Shown piece after piece: positions 59,043 to 62,224 of a stretch of 62,224 bases of DNA; the stretch's first letter is position 1, and every line of letters starts with the position of its first letter. The position numbers were made by a program, and so were the translations under genes. Source of the stretch: Spirochaetales bacterium (GTDB lineage Bacteria > Spirochaetota > Spirochaetia > Treponematales > UBA12059); contig JAFGJV010000016.1 of assembly GCA_016928955.1 (NCBI GenBank), positions 1-62,224 on the forward strand, in the 5' to 3' direction. The notes beneath the pieces were generated by a model. It worked only from the letters and a program-made list of their open reading frames with translations, did no database searches and was not told the origin of the DNA.

Positions 59043-60059
59043 ATGGAAACGTTGACGGTTTTTCCCTCCCTAAGCGGAGCGGTGATGCGCACGGCTCAAG
59101 GCCCTGAGGACGGTACTGGCTTTGCGGACATCCACCAAGCGCGCGCAGATCTGGACGGCGTGGACCCGAGCGACTCGTACGAGATGGCAGGGCCGGCTTC
59201 GGAGTTCATAGAGGCCCTCGTGTCAGCCAAGGCGGCGGGCAACCTGGCCAGGCGGCCGGTCATAGAAATCGACGGCCGCATAGCCGCCTATGGTAAGATA
59301 GAGGAATGGTCCGAGGCCGACGGAACGGCGGTGTACCTGCTCATGGGCTGGACCCATCCGGACTATCGCGGCAGGGGCTACGGTTCGGCGCTGCTTGGCT
59401 GGATGGAAGCCGAGGCGGCGGCCTTGGCCGGTCGCGACCACCCCGGCTCAAAGCGCGAGTACGCGGCCAACGCGTCGTCCACGGAAACAGGCGCAACCCG
59501 GCTCCTGGCCAAACACGGCTATGCCGCGGAGTTCACGGTGGCCGAGCTCCGGCTCAACCTGGCGGCCTACGAGCGGATACGCCCTGCGCTTCCCGGCGTG
59601 CCCCAGGGCCTCAGTGCCACTCGTCCAGCCCCCGGGGACCTTGCCGAACTGGCCCGGGCGGTACATGACTCCTTCGTGAAGGAATACGATGGCGGCCGCT
59701 TTGACGAAAGTCCCGATCCGGATGAGTACGCCGAGGAGCTGGAAGGCAAGGACAGCCGGCACTGGCTTGTGGCCAGGGAAGCTGGCCGCATCGTCGCGGT
59801 GGCCCTCTTTGATACCCGGGATACCGTCCGCGGCAAGGTGGCCGAGCTATCCGAGGTGGCCGTCCTGCCGTCGCACCGCAAGCGGGGACTGGCTTCCGCC
59901 CTGATCGCCCAGGCCCTGGACGGAGTGCTTGCCGAGGGCGTCCGGGAAGTGCGCGTGTACACTGTGGAGCAGTTCAAGACTCGGGCCGTGGACCTGTACC
60001 AGCGACTGGGCTTTGAGCGCTACAAGGATTTTCCGCGATACAGGAAGGCGATGCTATAG
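59043..60059 (+). CDS. Tandem-domain GNAT acetyltransferase
   Basis: THPDYRGRGYGSALL and VLPSHRKRGLASALI acetyl-CoA motifs. Confidence 0.88.
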   Translation: METLTVFPSLSGAVMRTAQGPEDGTGFADIHQARADLDGVDPSDSYEMAGPASEFIEALVSAKAAGNLARRPVIEIDGRIAAYGKIEEWSEADGTAVYLLMGWTHPDYRGRGYGSALLGWMEAEAAALAGRDHPGSKREYAANASSTETGATRLLAKHGYAAEFTVAELRLNLAAYERIRPALPGVPQGLSATRPAPGDLAELARAVHDSFVKEYDGGRFDESPDPDEYAEELEGKDSRHWLVAREAGRIVAVALFDTRDTVRGKVAELSEVAVLPSHRKRGLASALIAQALDGVLAEGVREVRVYTVEQFKTRAVDLYQRLGFERYKDFPRYRKAML

Positions 60060-60165
60060 CGCCTTTCGTTCGCCGGTTCTTTTCCCTGCGGCAGAGCTGT
60101 GCGCGGTATATACTTCTGGTTTGGGATTTTGGGCACGCCGCCGAAATCCCGAAAGGAGTATATGC

Positions 60166-62034
60166 ATGAAACGTTTTCTTTCCCTACTGCTGTGTATCGC
60201 CGCGCTCGTGCCGATACCGGTAGTCGCCCAGGAGTCGGAGGAGATACGCTCGCCCCTTGCCCTTGGCGATCTTTTTACCCAGGCACCGACCATAGGGATG
60301 GGTTTTGAGGGAACCACCAAAACGGTGGTTCGGACCCAGCTTGTGGACGAGTTCGACGCGGACTACTACAACCAGAAGCGCTATCCCTTAAGCATAACGG
60401 GACTCGGTTTCGGGGCCGTGCCCTGGATCAGCCTGTCGTGGGACGGCTTGTCGTTTCTCACGGCGGTGCATTATGACAGGGCCGGTCTGGCCGGTTTCCT
60501 GCCGGACTACCATTCCTTTGGGAACAACACCTTCTGGGGAGGAGATCTTGTCGTAAGCAGCGAGCTGAACTTTGAGGTCGGCCCCTTGTCGCTGAGCGAG
60601 AAAATCTACTTTGATCCGTACGCGCCGGACATGCTTGAGGACACGGCCCTGGAATTCTCGTCCGGGAATGTAGCCGCCAGGATAAACACCCTGGCGCGCT
60701 GGGACTCCACAACGCCCTATTTCATCATGAACGGCTGGTTCATGAACCACGAGCTGGCGGATCTGTGGTTCTCCATCGACAAGGTTTTTGGAATCGGCAA
60801 GATCGAGGTCGGCGGCTCCGATCCGCGCTACCTGAGGCACGTGTCATTGTTCTGGCGCGAGGACTGGACAGAGTACTGGTCGGACGTGGTCATGTTCATC
60901 CAGCCGCCTGTGTTCCCCAGCGGCAACCGCATTCTGGGCTTGGCTGAGGCCTTCATGACAGGCGCCACCGGCGCCCGCATCATGGACTTCAACGTGATGC
61001 TCATGGCCACAAGCTGGAAGCTAGGACCCGTCGTGCTGCATACGTCTGCCGACATCCCGCTTGTCGCTTTGGATGACCTGCGCGAATGGTTCCAGTCCAA
61101 CAACTTGATCGTGAGCGCCGAATACGATCTTGAGGGCGTGGGCACGTTCGATGTTGGCTGGGACATAGGCATAGGCTACCGCGACGCGTACTACTTTGAC
61201 GGAACGGCCACGTACTACGCGGATTACGGACGGGGCCAGCTCGGCAACAACAAATTCTGGCTGGACGCAGAGCTGAGTATGGTAGACGCGCTTGACCTGC
61301 TCGTGGGGGTGGATTTCACGCTGCGCGCTTACCGGGACGTGGACCAGGGTACGGGAGCGGGAACGGCCGCAGATCCGATCATTGACGACTATTCGACCGC
61401 CTGGATAGCCAACGTCGGTGTTGAGGGAATATGGGACCTCGGAACGGCGCTCAAGGGACTGGCGCTCGAGTTTGGCGCGTACCTCAACCTGGTCGGGGGC
61501 AAGACCTACGATTCCGTCAACGGAGGAGCCCAGACTTTTGACCAATGGGTGACCGCCACCTACGATCCCGCCAATTTCTTTGTCATGGGTAACATGACCG
61601 AGCAGGCCTACCTCAACAATCCCTTTGGCATGGCCAGCGAGTACGACGGCATCGCCCCGCTCACGGCCTACCTCAAGGCTTCCTACGGCCTCAATGACGC
61701 GTGGTCGTTCCATGTTGCGAACTGGTTCGAGCTGAACGGCAACGAGCTGTCGAGCACGGATGCCTATTTTGCCAGCGCGCCGCAGGACGCCATCGGCTAC
61801 TATTCCGTCAACAGTCTGGAGCTCGGGGCCGCCTACCGCGAAGGCCAAGCCCTGTTCGAATTCGCCGTGGGCTGGATTACCCAGGTTGGCCTGCCGTCGC
61901 CGGAAGACCTTGGCTACACGGACGCCGTAGCTCAGGCCGGAGGTTTTTCCACGGCTAAGGATATCTACCTTGAGGAAGGCCCTTTCATTACGTTCCCGCT
62001 CGTGTTCAGCGCCACGGTGAGCATCGAGCTGTAG
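60166..62034 (+). CDS. Exported protein, candidate outer-membrane beta-barrel
   Basis: Signal peptide ending VVA-Q; aromatic-rich alternating strands; C-terminus VFSATVSIEL. Confidence 0.7.
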   Translation: MKRFLSLLLCIAALVPIPVVAQESEEIRSPLALGDLFTQAPTIGMGFEGTTKTVVRTQLVDEFDADYYNQKRYPLSITGLGFGAVPWISLSWDGLSFLTAVHYDRAGLAGFLPDYHSFGNNTFWGGDLVVSSELNFEVGPLSLSEKIYFDPYAPDMLEDTALEFSSGNVAARINTLARWDSTTPYFIMNGWFMNHELADLWFSIDKVFGIGKIEVGGSDPRYLRHVSLFWREDWTEYWSDVVMFIQPPVFPSGNRILGLAEAFMTGATGARIMDFNVMLMATSWKLGPVVLHTSADIPLVALDDLREWFQSNNLIVSAEYDLEGVGTFDVGWDIGIGYRDAYYFDGTATYYADYGRGQLGNNKFWLDAELSMVDALDLLVGVDFTLRAYRDVDQGTGAGTAADPIIDDYSTAWIANVGVEGIWDLGTALKGLALEFGAYLNLVGGKTYDSVNGGAQTFDQWVTATYDPANFFVMGNMTEQAYLNNPFGMASEYDGIAPLTAYLKASYGLNDAWSFHVANWFELNGNELSSTDAYFASAPQDAIGYYSVNSLELGAAYREGQALFEFAVGWITQVGLPSPEDLGYTDAVAQAGGFSTAKDIYLEEGPFITFPLVFSATVSIEL

Positions 62035-62072
62035 GACACGACATTTTCCAGGCGCCCGTGAGGACGCCGCGG

Positions 62073-62111
62073 AAAAAAACAGCCGCCCGGGGCTTGGATG
62101 CCCGGGCGGCT
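62073..62111. terminator. Terminator-like hairpin
   Basis: A run, then AGCCGCCCGGG-9 nt-CCCGGGCGGCT. Confidence 0.7.
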
Positions 62112-62118
62112 CCCTTAT

Positions 62119-62224
62119 GGGAACCTCTAAAACCCCTTGGTTATTAGAGGTTCCCTGCGTTTTCGGCCGAAAACGCAGGGTTTTCTAAGGTAACCCTCTA
62201 AAAACTGCAGTTTTTAGAGGCTCC
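62119..62224 (+). mobile_element. Long-form family-1 MITE fused to a short-form copy (runs to window end)
   Basis: GGGAACCTCTAAAACCCCTTGGTTATTAGAGGTTCCCTGCGTTTTCGGCCGAAAACGC then CCTCTAAAAACTGCAGTTTTTAGAGG. Confidence 0.85.

Noticed and set aside
150..62224. CRISPR repeats (36-bp palindromes)
   Set aside because: Dispersed single copies, no regular spacers, no cas genes

Overview
High-GC chromosomal region that most resembles a free-living spirochaete (inferred from the cysS-ECF sigma-anti-sigma block, a cNMP-binding protein and a long thymidine kinase of the spirochaete type). Most of it is housekeeping: tRNA-Ala(CGC), hydE/hydF, murB, cysS, glyA, queG-like, cheW, GTP-PEPCK, recG, M32 carboxypeptidase, tdk, an OppA-like protein and a full pstSCAB-phoU-phoBR operon, plus several surface lipoproteins. 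No transposase, integrase, phage gene or CRISPR array was seen. The most notable items are mainly non-coding: (1) an array of direct and inverted copies of the tRNA-Ala 3' end, one carrying a CCA the gene lacks; (2) two MITE-like families with 4-bp target duplications, one nested inside the other; (3) a probable internally deleted hydG relic next to a HydF with degenerate motifs; (4) a methanogen-type DUF39-ferredoxin/UPF0280 homocysteine module facing a MalY-RidA pair; (5) a low-GC patch inside a large adhesin-like gene; (6) probable leaderless genes and a four-repeat Pho box. All calls come from reading motifs by eye; no database searches were run.
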